NCBI GenBank assembly: GCA_017513085.1
Contig: JAFWDK010000015.1
Location: 128,001 to 192,000 of the forward strand
Direction: 5' to 3'
Length of the DNA stretch: 64,000 bases
Source of the DNA: Clostridiales bacterium
GTDB taxonomy: Bacteria; Bacillota; Clostridia; Saccharofermentanales; Saccharofermentanaceae
Below the pieces are notes generated by a model. It ran no database searches. It was given only the letters and a program-made list of their open reading frames with translations, and was not told the DNA's origin. Shown here in pieces: positions 19,767-30,813 of this stretch. Each line of letters begins with the position of its first letter. Within the stretch, counting starts at the first letter, position 1. The position numbers were made by a program, and so were the translations under genes.

Positions 19767-21221
19767 TCATAATCTCTTCCGCGGGATCAATACCGTAATA
19801 GTGAACATCTTTGTCTTCTCATCGTAATCGGCTTTGCAAATCCACTTATGGATTTCGAAAACGCCTTTTGCAATTGACATTCCAAGTCCACTGCTGCGGG
19901 AGTTGCTCCTGGCATTGTCGCCTTTGACGAACGGCTCCCAGATCTTCTCCAGATGCTCTTTATCGACAGGGTCAGATGTATTCGAAATCGTAAGCTTGGC
20001 ATTTCTGCCTTCTCTTGATGCCAGTATATCGATCTTTCCACCATCCTTACAGTAATCTACAGCATTCGAGATTATATTCCCCAAAGCGGCCTGCATCTGT
20101 CTCTGATCCAAGCGTACCACCATCTTTCCCTTTATTGTTGTCTCGATGTTTCTGGCCTTAAGGATATTTTCGTAGGATGTAATCTTATCCGAAGCGATCT
20201 TGACGATGTCATATTCTCCGAGTTTCAGATCGATCTGCTCATTTTCGAGGGCAAGCAGATGAAGATTGTTCATTATCATGTCATTCAGCTTCCCGGTTCC
20301 TTTTATGATTTCTTCCGCGTAATAATCCTTCTTCTCCGAATGAACATTTGCCTTAAGATTCTCAGCATAAGAGGAGATCACCATGAGAGGTGACTTCAGG
20401 TCATGGATCATGGCTGACATCATATGCCTTCTGTAGGCATTGCCTTCATACTTTGAGCTCTTGATGAAAAGATGCCTGCCTGCAAGTGCTGCAAGTGCAA
20501 GGGAGAATACATAGAAAAGGATAAACTTTTCTGCATAATCCTTCCAGACGACCCAGTAGACATTGTTCACTCTGATATAGTAATCCCAGACCATATGGTC
20601 ATTATTCTCATTTTCTAATATCGCACGGTAAGAGAATGCTATATAGTTACTTGGACCATAATAGAAACAACATGTCTCAAAATCAGAATCCCACCTAGAT
20701 TTCATGTATCTGAAATGATTCTCGGTAAAGGAAGTACCGGGTTCATCATATCCGATATGATGAGACTCAGACTCCAAAATGCCAACTACACCAACTTCAT
20801 CTTCTGCAAGATTGCATTTTTCGAAATTCCCGATAGAATCGCTCTCGATCTCGACATGGCTATATACCATGCAAGGATACTCTTTTTCTACCTTATAAGA
20901 GATAATATCACTTAATCTGCTTTCGAATTCTGTGCGATCCAGTACGATCGTATACTTTTCAGCAGTTACTTCACCGTTTTCTGAGCGATGCGTTTTGATC
21001 ACATTAATTTCTTCGTTGATTTTTTTGAAACAGGAAGTTTCAAAATCTCTCTGCTCATCGCGTAACCTGCGTTCATATACAATACTCAGCTTATTTTCGA
21101 AAACCAGAACAAGATAGCTTAATGCAAGAAATGTGATTATTGCACACAGGACAACTGCAACACCCATGCAGCCCAAAAAGTAAGGCCGTGAACCCGCATA
21201 CTTTCTCAGTGGTTTCTTCAT
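19767..21221 (-). CDS. Sensor histidine kinase
   Basis: Two TMs, HDLKSPL H-box, NAVDY N-box, SGLGMSI G2 box. Confidence 0.92.
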   Translation of the reverse strand: MKKPLRKYAGSRPYFLGCMGVAVVLCAIITFLALSYLVLVFENKLSIVYERRLRDEQRDFETSCFKKINEEINVIKTHRSENGEVTAEKYTIVLDRTEFESRLSDIISYKVEKEYPCMVYSHVEIESDSIGNFEKCNLAEDEVGVVGILESESHHIGYDEPGTSFTENHFRYMKSRWDSDFETCCFYYGPSNYIAFSYRAILENENNDHMVWDYYIRVNNVYWVVWKDYAEKFILFYVFSLALAALAGRHLFIKSSKYEGNAYRRHMMSAMIHDLKSPLMVISSYAENLKANVHSEKKDYYAEEIIKGTGKLNDMIMNNLHLLALENEQIDLKLGEYDIVKIASDKITSYENILKARNIETTIKGKMVVRLDQRQMQAALGNIISNAVDYCKDGGKIDILASREGRNAKLTISNTSDPVDKEHLEKIWEPFVKGDNARSNSRSSGLGMSIAKGVFEIHKWICKADYDEKTKMFTITVLIPRKRL

Positions 21222-21334
21222 GAATCCGCCCTCCTTAAGCTTTATGAGTCTATCATACCTGCAAATTGTATCGAAAATATATTGTCCGAGTTCAGTTTAA
21301 AGTAATGTGGTAATTCTTGTCGATTATCTTGCGA

Positions 21335-22027
21335 TCAGATCAACTCAGAAAGAGAATGAATCTTTCTGTATGGCGTATCTACATCGGATGCCGGATTTGC
21401 AGCAATCAGTATAGGTGTAATACCGATCTCAGCCGCCCCATCCAAATTACAAGGGCTGTCATCAATAAAAACCGTTTCTTTTGCATCGTGTCCACATTTC
21501 TGCAGTGCATCCAGATACATCCGCCTATCAGGTTTAAACACCCCCAAAGAGAAGCTATATGTGGCAAAGGAAAAGAATTGCAAAACATCCAAAGCACGCA
21601 GCTGGTTCTCAATACTCGGCCATGTGTCTGAGATAATTCCAAGACGATGTGTTTTGCTGAGCGTTTGAATAACCTCATTCGCATCCGGATAAATGATGTA
21701 GTTATCCATATTGTATGTCCGATCTCTGGCTATTGTAGTGAGCTCATTATCAGTCAGTTCCAGTTCCAGGCTTTCAGATACAATGCGGTAGTACTGATAA
21801 AACTGTTCGGCTTCCTCCTCTTGCGTACGGATCAAATGATCCCTATCCAGAAAACCCGCTCCTGCTTCTCTTGCTTTTCTGATCTTTGTCTCTGAACATT
21901 GCTTCAGACGTTCTCCGGCTAGTTCATAAAACCGGTTCGTAAACATCCAATCTCCGGAAGCCGGATAATCTATCGTATATCCGACGTCAAAAAATATAAC
22001 ATGTTTATCTGAGAGAAAATCGTTCAT
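21335..22027 (-). CDS. HAD family hydrolase
   Basis: FFDVGYT, ISD, KPD, FIDDS. Confidence 0.88.
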   Translation of the reverse strand: MNDFLSDKHVIFFDVGYTIDYPASGDWMFTNRFYELAGERLKQCSETKIRKAREAGAGFLDRDHLIRTQEEEAEQFYQYYRIVSESLELELTDNELTTIARDRTYNMDNYIIYPDANEVIQTLSKTHRLGIISDTWPSIENQLRALDVLQFFSFATYSFSLGVFKPDRRMYLDALQKCGHDAKETVFIDDSPCNLDGAAEIGITPILIAANPASDVDTPYRKIHSLSELI

Positions 22028-22054
22028 AACTGTAGACCTCCTTCATAGTCCAAT

Positions 22055-22390
22055 CTATACGACTCTTTTCCCTCCAAATGCATGAATGGAACGTGTCCCG
22101 GCCTTTACTCGTCCGCCTTGAAGACTTCCTTTAGGAATAAACAATTCATCACCTGCATGAAGAATATGCTCTTCCCCGTTTATCGTGACGATATACTCTC
22201 CTTCAACACAAATCATATACTCATCGTAATCATGCATATGCTCTTTAGATATCCGATCTGCTTTATAGATCCAGAATGCCATCTGACTTCCATCATTAGC
22301 AGTATAGTAATACCCTTCAATATCAGGAGTATTTTGCTGCGAAGCAGGTATCCTATTTTTCTCTCTAAACATAAACTCCGGGAAACTCAT
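22055..22390 (-). CDS. Cupin domain protein
   Basis: HMHDYDE...GDELFIPKG. Confidence 0.85.
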   Translation of the reverse strand: MSFPEFMFREKNRIPASQQNTPDIEGYYYTANDGSQMAFWIYKADRISKEHMHDYDEYMICVEGEYIVTINGEEHILHAGDELFIPKGSLQGGRVKAGTRSIHAFGGKRVV

Positions 22391-22415
22391 ATTTCTATCT
22401 TCCTTCGATCTCTAT

Positions 22416-22745
22416 TTACTCGTTAATCTGTTCTAACAGAACAGGAATATCATCTATCAGAGTATCAAATAATACTCTCAAATCTACACTTCCATAATCA
22501 TGGACGATTCTATTTCTTAACCCAAATATTGCCTGCCACGGAACATTATCTTTCCGCCTTCTATAATCTTCTGAAAGTTTCTTCGCATTCTCGGATATCT
22601 GTATCATCCGGAAAAGCATCGAATCTTGAAGTACTTCGTTTTCTTTAAGACTCTGGATATCAACCTTCTCCATATGCTTCACGATGAACAGAAGATCTGC
22701 TTTTATTTTTACAATATAGTACTGATCATTCTTCTCGTTGTGCAT
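22416..22745 (-). CDS. HEPN (DUF86/HepT-like) RNase toxin
   Basis: RNRIVHDY (RX4H followed by Tyr); overlaps the MNT stop. Confidence 0.88.
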   Translation of the reverse strand: MHNEKNDQYYIVKIKADLLFIVKHMEKVDIQSLKENEVLQDSMLFRMIQISENAKKLSEDYRRRKDNVPWQAIFGLRNRIVHDYGSVDLRVLFDTLIDDIPVLLEQINE

Positions 22746-23211
22746 AGATTCGAATACCATCCTTCAGTATTTCATCTGTTAATTCAAGATTGTTTTTCAG
22801 CTGGTCTAAATCCAGGACATCCACACGTTTATGCAAAGTCTCTCTGAGTTTTTCGACCATTTCGAAAAACTTCAGACCCTTAACATCAGACGATATCAAA
22901 AGATCTACATCACTGGATTCACCTGCATTTCCCTTGGCATAGGATCCGAATAAAATACAATAATGCACTGGATATTCATCAAATACCTGCTTGCATTTTT
23001 GTGTAATAGAATCTATCGATAAGATTCCATGATCTTCATCCAGACGGTTGAGTTCTTTCAGTTTGTCCAGAATGTATTTATACTTGAGGGTGCCCGCTTT
23101 ACTTTCATCGTTCTCATAAGACTTAAAAGAGCGTATCGAAATACCGATCAGTTCGGCTGCCTGCTGCTGAGTTAGATTCTGCTCTTTTCTTATTTCTTTA
23201 ATAGCGCTCAT
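22726..23211 (-). CDS. Xre-HTH fused to MNT nucleotidyltransferase antitoxin
   Basis: N-terminal LTQQQAAELIGIS HTH; GSYAKGNAGESSDVD (GSX10DXD). Confidence 0.9.
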   Translation of the reverse strand: MSAIKEIRKEQNLTQQQAAELIGISIRSFKSYENDESKAGTLKYKYILDKLKELNRLDEDHGILSIDSITQKCKQVFDEYPVHYCILFGSYAKGNAGESSDVDLLISSDVKGLKFFEMVEKLRETLHKRVDVLDLDQLKNNLELTDEILKDGIRIYAQREE

Positions 23212-23233
23212 ATTGCACCTCCGCTAACTATAT

Positions 23234-23302
23234 AGTGCAACATTTGCACTTTCCTGTCAACTATAAGTGCATTCTTTGCACTTATGTAGAGGTGTTTGCA
23301 CT
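23234..23302. promoter_or_regulatory. Palindromic operators AGTGCA-N5-TGCACT over the TA promoter
   Basis: Full sites at 23234-23250 and 23266-23282, half-site at 23296-23302, flanking minus-strand TTGACA (23255-23260). Confidence 0.7.
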
Positions 23303-23309
23303 AACGAGG

Positions 23310-23351
23310 AAAAAAGAAAATCCTGAGTACTCATCTCTGAGTATCCAGGAT
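23310..23351 (-). terminator. Intrinsic terminator after tRNA-Ser
   Basis: Imperfect hairpin followed by a T-rich tract on the minus strand. Confidence 0.6.
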
Positions 23352-23358
23352 CTTATAC

Positions 23359-23446
23359 TGGCGGAGCCGGTGGGATTCGAACCCACGTGCCTTTTGGGCA
23401 AACGGTTTTCAAGACCGCCTCGTTATGACCGCTTCGATACAGCTCC
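23359..23446 (-). tRNA. tRNA-Ser(TGA)
   Basis: GGAGCTG acceptor stem, anticodon loop CTTGAAA, long variable arm, GGTTCGAATCC, encoded CCA; 88 nt. Confidence 0.95.
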
Positions 23447-23510
23447 ATCACTTGTAACTTGCTAATTTTACTAACTTTCACGTTTCTTGTCAATAAATCT
23501 ACATTTCATC

Positions 23511-23551
23511 CAAAAACACCTGAAAACTACAAATAGTAGTTTTCAGGTGTT
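23511..23551 (-). terminator. Intrinsic terminator after parB
   Basis: 16-bp perfect stem AACACCTGAAAACTAC/GTAGTTTTCAGGTGTT plus T tract. Confidence 0.8.
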
Positions 23552-23581
23552 CCTATTTCACTCATATATTTGCTTAACTTC

Positions 23582-24454
23582 TCAACTTCCCATCATTTCA
23601 AGTAGACGATCAAGATCATCATAAGAATAGTATTCGATTACAATCGAGCCTTTTCCCTTCTCCTCATCTTTGACTTTAAGCTTAACCTTGGTCCCGTAAA
23701 AAGAAGTAAGCTTATGTTCCACATCTTTTGTACTGAGGGCTACAGCAGAGTTTGAAGATACAGGTTTCTTTTTGACTGTAGGTTTAGGATCCAAGAGTTT
23801 TTTAACGTATTCTTCCGTTTGGCGGACACTTAACTCTTTTATAATCACTACATCTGCTGCTTTTTTCTGTTCTTCCTTGTCAGTAATCGCCAACAAAGCT
23901 CTTGCATGACCGGCAGATAAATCACCATTTCGAATGAAGTCCTGAAGTGATTCATCGATGTTCATCAATCTAAGTGTATTCGCAATCGCAGGACGACTTT
24001 TTCCTAGTTTTTTTGCAAGTTTTTCTTGTGTGAGTCCATGCTCTTTCATAAGATTATCCATTGCAAAAGCTTCTTCAAGAGGATTGAGATCCTGTCTTTG
24101 AATATTCTCGATCAACGCCTGTTCCATAGTCTGCTGATCAGTCAGATCCCTTACAATAGCAGGTATTACTTTTAAGCCGGCAAGCCTGGAAGCTCTCCAA
24201 CGTCTCTCACCTGCAACGATTCGGTATCCAGTACCTCTCTTGGCAACAATAATCGGCTGAATTACCCCATTTTCTTTAATTGAATCAGCAAGCTCTGCTA
24301 ATGCAGTATCATCAAATCTCTTACGAGGCTGATCACTATTAGGAGATATATCGTTAATCTTTAATTCAACAACAGAATCTTTATTTGTTTCCGGAATTCC
24401 ATCAACCGATAATAATGCGCCTAACCCTTTACCTAATCCCTTATTTGCAGCCAT
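23582..24454 (-). CDS. parB: Chromosome partitioning protein ParB/Spo0J
   Basis: GLGKGLGAL, QPRK, GERRWRA, ENIQRQDLNPLEEA. Confidence 0.96.
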   Translation of the reverse strand: MAANKGLGKGLGALLSVDGIPETNKDSVVELKINDISPNSDQPRKRFDDTALAELADSIKENGVIQPIIVAKRGTGYRIVAGERRWRASRLAGLKVIPAIVRDLTDQQTMEQALIENIQRQDLNPLEEAFAMDNLMKEHGLTQEKLAKKLGKSRPAIANTLRLMNIDESLQDFIRNGDLSAGHARALLAITDKEEQKKAADVVIIKELSVRQTEEYVKKLLDPKPTVKKKPVSSNSAVALSTKDVEHKLTSFYGTKVKLKVKDEEKGKGSIVIEYYSYDDLDRLLEMMGS

Positions 24455-24477
24455 ATTCTCACCTCATATATTGATGC

Positions 24478-25248
24478 TTATCTATCTTTTGTTCTCTTAA
24501 TTACTTCCTGAGCTAATTCCTGATATGCAATTGCTCCTTTTGACTTTGGATCGTAATCTCCGATTGTTTTTCCATGACTTGGCGCTTCAGCAAGACGTAC
24601 ATTTCTAGGAATGTGCGTTTTAAATACCTTGTCACCGAAATACTTCTCTACTTCTTCCACAACTTGCTTTGTGAGTTGCGTTCTGCTATCAAACATGGTT
24701 ATAACTACACCAAGTATTCCAACTACAGGATTGAGTTTCTTTTTAATCATATTAATAGTATCAATCAACTGTGTCAGGCCTTCCAAAGCATAATATTCGC
24801 CCTGAATCGGTACAATTACACCTTCACATGCAGATAATGCGTTAATTGTAAGCAATCCTAAAGACGGCGGGCAATCGATAATAATATAATCGTATTCATC
24901 TATGACTGGCTCAATTGCTCTTTTCAAGATCGTCTCACGACTAATTGCAGACACTAATTCAACTTCTGCTCCGGCCAGATTGATATTTGTCGGGCACATA
25001 TCCACGTTTTTCACGTTTGTGTGCTGAATAACATTCTCAATGTCTTCTTCGTTTACAAGAAGATCATATACTGTGTTTTCAAGTTCCATCTTATCAAAAC
25101 CATATCCACTGGTCGCATTTCCTTGTGGATCAAGGTCAAAAATCAGCACTTTTTTGCGTTTGGCGGCCAAAAAAGAGCCTAAATTGACAGCTGTGGTCGT
25201 TTTTCCAACTCCGCCTTTTTGATTTACAATTGAAATTACGTATCCCAT
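24478..25248 (-). CDS. parA: ParA/Soj ATPase
   Basis: NQKGGVGKTT, DLDPQGNA, IDCPP, RNVRLAEAPS. Confidence 0.96.
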   Translation of the reverse strand: MGYVISIVNQKGGVGKTTTAVNLGSFLAAKRKKVLIFDLDPQGNATSGYGFDKMELENTVYDLLVNEEDIENVIQHTNVKNVDMCPTNINLAGAEVELVSAISRETILKRAIEPVIDEYDYIIIDCPPSLGLLTINALSACEGVIVPIQGEYYALEGLTQLIDTINMIKKKLNPVVGILGVVITMFDSRTQLTKQVVEEVEKYFGDKVFKTHIPRNVRLAEAPSHGKTIGDYDPKSKGAIAYQELAQEVIKRTKDR

Positions 25249-25357
25249 ATGTGCTCCTTTTACTATTCTTTCTTATTCTATATTATCAGATTTTGTGTTT
25301 TTATATATGTCATTTACTTTACATATATTCTATTTAGAAACAAATTTGTCTGGTGTA

Positions 25358-25373
25358 TGTTTCACGTGAAACA
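25358..25373. promoter_or_regulatory. parS site 1
   Basis: Perfect TGTTTCACGTGAAACA. Confidence 0.95.
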
Positions 25374-25407
25374 GTATTTCAGATAATTCTGCATTTTTTA
25401 GCATCTT

Positions 25408-25423
25408 TGTTTCACGTGAAACA
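25408..25423. promoter_or_regulatory. parS site 2
   Basis: Perfect TGTTTCACGTGAAACA. Confidence 0.95.
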
Positions 25424-25454
25424 GTAATCTATAACAGAATTTAAAAATGGATAA

Positions 25455-25470
25455 TGTTTCACGTGAAACA
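25455..25470. promoter_or_regulatory. parS site 3, at the centre of a 36-bp palindrome (25445-25480)
   Basis: Perfect TGTTTCACGTGAAACA. Confidence 0.95.
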
Positions 25471-25514
25471 TTATCCATTTCATTTAATCTAATATTATTA
25501 AAACGTGATTCTAT

Positions 25515-27614
<2,100 letters not shown>

Positions 27615-27682
27615 TTACATTCCTTCCTTATTTCCGCCATATATCCGGGCATAAACTCTGAAATGGCGAAAAGCACTGATTT

Positions 27683-27943
27683 TTAAGGATCTGTAACAAT
27701 GTTACTCGTCCTTATTCGTTTATTTAGAGTCGAAACCGAAAGGGGAGAGACGTACACACGGTCGCCTGTAATGACAATAGATCTGGGTATCTCTTCCGAA
27801 ACATATTCCAGAATATTATCCTCTTCAGAAATCTTCAGAAAAGAATTCATATCAGAAGATGAAGCCGGAACAGTTTCAAGATTGATCAAGCCAACGATGG
27901 ACTTTGACAGGATCGTATATTCTCCGCCAATGTGAACGTACAT
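27683..27943 (-). CDS. remB: DUF370/RemB family protein
   Basis: MYVHIG...PRSIVIT...VYVSPLSVSTL, in the usual recF-gyrB position. Confidence 0.8.
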   Translation of the reverse strand: MYVHIGGEYTILSKSIVGLINLETVPASSSDMNSFLKISEEDNILEYVSEEIPRSIVITGDRVYVSPLSVSTLNKRIRTSNIVTDP

Positions 27944-28032
27944 GCAAAAGCCTCACAAATCTTACTTATCCTTCAATTTTGACCTTTAATATTATACCAT
28001 AAAAGGGAAAATATAGTAATATTTTCTAACTT

Positions 28033-29229
28033 TTACACCCTTGTCACAGCACCCTTAACTACCTCAAAAAAGGCTATTTTCGAGTTCTCTTGCATGGAGT
28101 CGACAAGTTCTTGTTCAATAAAGGATTTATCGGTGCACGTTATAAAAATCTGAGCATCACCAATCTCCGACAAAAGACATCTCCTTCTTTGGGCGTCTAA
28201 TTCCCCAAAAACGTCGTCGAGCAGAAGAACAGGGGAATCTTTCGTTTCTTCACGTACAACGTCTAATTCGGCCAATTTCATGGATAATGCGGCCGATCTC
28301 TGCTGTCCCTGGGAGGCAAACATGCGAAGACCATCTCCATCCAGAGACATTAAAAGGTCATCTCTCTGAGGTCCGAAATTCGTTATACCATGCTGAAAAT
28401 CATCTTCAACAGAATCATTCCATTTCTGATATAAGTATTCCACAACTTTTTCTTCATTGAAATTTTCAAGCATATCAACAGGAACACATGTCTTATATTT
28501 TACAAAAAGAGTTTCACTGGAATGGGAAATGCTTTCATGGTGTTTTCTGGCAAAAGCATCTATCCTGAGAGAGAATATATACCTATCCCGGATGATCCTG
28601 GCAGCTGCCCGTGCCATCGGTTCACTCCAGATCGATAATTCTTCTTTTAAAGCACTGTCCATCACTTTGCTGTTTTTTATCCTGGCATTCTTGATGATCC
28701 GGTTACGGTTCATAAGAAGTCGGGCAAAAGTGGTAAGCTCATGAAAGTACATCGGCTTGACCTGAGAAAGAAGAACATTCAGATACTTCCGACGTACAGA
28801 AGGTCCTTCTTTTATGAGCATCAAGTCTTCCGGAGCAAATATAACAGCGTTAAAAATACCGAAATATTCGGACATTTTCTCATATGGCACATCATCATGG
28901 AAAACTGTCTTTTTAGCTTTTTTAGAAGGGGAGAGATCCCCGTTTTTATTCGTTCCGTCAGTATATATGACAGAAACAGATTCGTCATATGCATTATAAG
29001 AAGAAGTCAGTTTAAGTTTTACTTTATAGTCGTGTTCACCATGAGTGATCAGTTCCTGATCTTTACTTGTACGATGAGAATGAGTAGAAGTACATAAATA
29101 TATAGCTTCTATAATATTCGTTTTACCTTGGGCATTTGCTCCGAAAAAAACATTAACAGAAGGCTCAACCTCAAGGTCAAGCCTTCTGTAATTTCTGAAG
29201 TTTTCTAATTCAATGGAGCGTATATACAT
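28033..29229 (-). CDS. recF: DNA replication/repair protein RecF
   Basis: GANAQGKTN, SQGQQR, LLLDDV. Confidence 0.95.
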   Translation of the reverse strand: MYIRSIELENFRNYRRLDLEVEPSVNVFFGANAQGKTNIIEAIYLCTSTHSHRTSKDQELITHGEHDYKVKLKLTSSYNAYDESVSVIYTDGTNKNGDLSPSKKAKKTVFHDDVPYEKMSEYFGIFNAVIFAPEDLMLIKEGPSVRRKYLNVLLSQVKPMYFHELTTFARLLMNRNRIIKNARIKNSKVMDSALKEELSIWSEPMARAAARIIRDRYIFSLRIDAFARKHHESISHSSETLFVKYKTCVPVDMLENFNEEKVVEYLYQKWNDSVEDDFQHGITNFGPQRDDLLMSLDGDGLRMFASQGQQRSAALSMKLAELDVVREETKDSPVLLLDDVFGELDAQRRRCLLSEIGDAQIFITCTDKSFIEQELVDSMQENSKIAFFEVVKGAVTRV

Positions 29230-29267
29230 ACCTTCCGCCCTTCAAAAGAGTAATTCTTCGTGAAAGA

Positions 29268-30371
29268 TTACTTACGAAGCGGCAGGATCAGATAGATAAA
29301 TTCATTTCCTTCTACAGGAACGATCAAAGAAGGTCCATTGGCACCGGAAAGTGTAAATTTAACCGACTCATCATCAATAGAACGAAGTGCATCCATAATG
29401 TACTTGTGATTGAAATCCACATTGATCAGTTCACCTGTGATCTGACACTTAACTTCTTCACGAAGATTACCAAGTTCTGTGCTGGAACGGATCACCAGTG
29501 TCTCTTCGTCTGTCATAGAAAGATTTACAGGACAACGACGGTCTTCCTTCTGAATAATAAGAGAAGCACGCTCTACAGCATTCAGAACTTCATCTTTGTT
29601 TACGATCATCGTTGTCGAGGAGTTACTAGGAATGATTGACTGATAAGCCATAAACTCACTATTGATCAGACGGGAAACAATACGGAATTTGCCAGTATCG
29701 AAAAGAATGTGGTTAGTAGAAGCATAAATAACTACTTCTGCATCCTTTCCAGTCAAAATACGTGCTGCTTCATGGAGAGCCTTACCTGGAATAAGGAACT
29801 TCATTGTCGGAATATCGTCTCCGATCTCTTTCTTACGGAGAGCCATACGATAGCCGTCGATTGATACAAGATTGATATTCTTTCCGTCAGATTCGAAAAG
29901 AGAACCATTCAGACCCGGACGTCCTTCATCCGTAGAAATAGCAAAAATAGTCTGATTGATCATATTTCTCAGGATCTCCTGGTTCAGGATGATCTTATTC
30001 TCATCACTTACTACCGGAATCGTCGGGAATCCTTCTGCAGAAATACCATTAATGGAAAATTTCGAATTACCACTCTCGATATCTATCATCATTCTCTCGT
30101 TAGAAGAGATTGAAACTTCTTCATCCGGAAGTTTTCTGACGATTTCACCGAAAATACGGGAAGGGATTACAATTGAGCCCTCTTCCATCACGTCAGCGTC
30201 AACTAATGCTTCAATACCTGTTTCCAAATCATATCCGGTCAGCTTTAATCCCTTGCTGTCCGCTTCAATTAAAATACCATCTAATATAGGTAAAGTAGAA
30301 CGAGTTGAAACTGCTTTCTGTACGATCGAGATCGCCTCTACAAGATTGTCTCTGGAACTTACAAGTTTCAT
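29268..30371 (-). CDS. dnaN: DNA polymerase III beta clamp
   Basis: TLPILDGILI, DGYRMA, YLILPLR; 367 aa; next to dnaA. Confidence 0.96.
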   Translation of the reverse strand: MKLVSSRDNLVEAISIVQKAVSTRSTLPILDGILIEADSKGLKLTGYDLETGIEALVDADVMEEGSIVIPSRIFGEIVRKLPDEEVSISSNERMMIDIESGNSKFSINGISAEGFPTIPVVSDENKIILNQEILRNMINQTIFAISTDEGRPGLNGSLFESDGKNINLVSIDGYRMALRKKEIGDDIPTMKFLIPGKALHEAARILTGKDAEVVIYASTNHILFDTGKFRIVSRLINSEFMAYQSIIPSNSSTTMIVNKDEVLNAVERASLIIQKEDRRCPVNLSMTDEETLVIRSSTELGNLREEVKCQITGELINVDFNHKYIMDALRSIDDESVKFTLSGANGPSLIVPVEGNEFIYLILPLRK

Positions 30372-30813
30372 CGTTTTCTTTCCTCCATAACTTCTAAATA
30401 AATTATCTCTATATATTATACAGGAAAATTACAAAAATGCTACAAATAATGAGGCATATAAGTGATAAAAATCCAAAGAATCTCTTGTATTTCAAGGCTT
30501 GAGAGTTTTCCACACTTTTCCACATTTAAAAAAATATGAAGAGATGACGGAAAGATGAAAAAACGCATAAAAACAAATAAAAACAACAAGAATATAAGGA
30601 ATTATTCATCTATATTATTATGTCGTGTGGAAAAGTGGTAAAAGTACTTATAAGGCTTACATTTCAAGCTTTTTTGTGTGTAAAAAGAGTTTAAAAACGG
30701 TGAAAAAGAAGAAGTGCTTTTGCACATGATAAACACAACAAAGTTATGCACATTTTATTAACTGGAAATCCTCTTGAAGTTTTCCACAATTCAACTAAAA
30801 AAAGTGGAAAACT
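30372..30813. other. Replication origin oriC (dnaA-dnaN intergenic region)
   Basis: AT-rich. DnaA boxes TTTTCCACA at 30506, 30516 and 30780; TGTGGAAAA at 30626; TTATGCACA at 30744; further degenerate boxes. Gene strand bias switches here. Confidence 0.88.

Noticed and set aside
5646-23360. Prophage, ICE or classical integron at tRNA-Ser
   Set aside because: No integrase, phage, conjugation or transposase gene, and no duplicated tRNA 3' end or attC-like repeat seen within the window.
23235-23465. 76-aa plus-strand ORF
   Set aside because: Antisense to tRNA-Ser and its terminator.
25358-25470. Three spaced identical repeats resembling a mini-CRISPR
   Set aside because: The repeat is the 16-bp parS consensus next to parAB; no cas genes.
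30595-30645. DnaA-trio unwinding element beside tandem boxes
   Set aside because: The AT-rich triplets are too irregular to call by eye.
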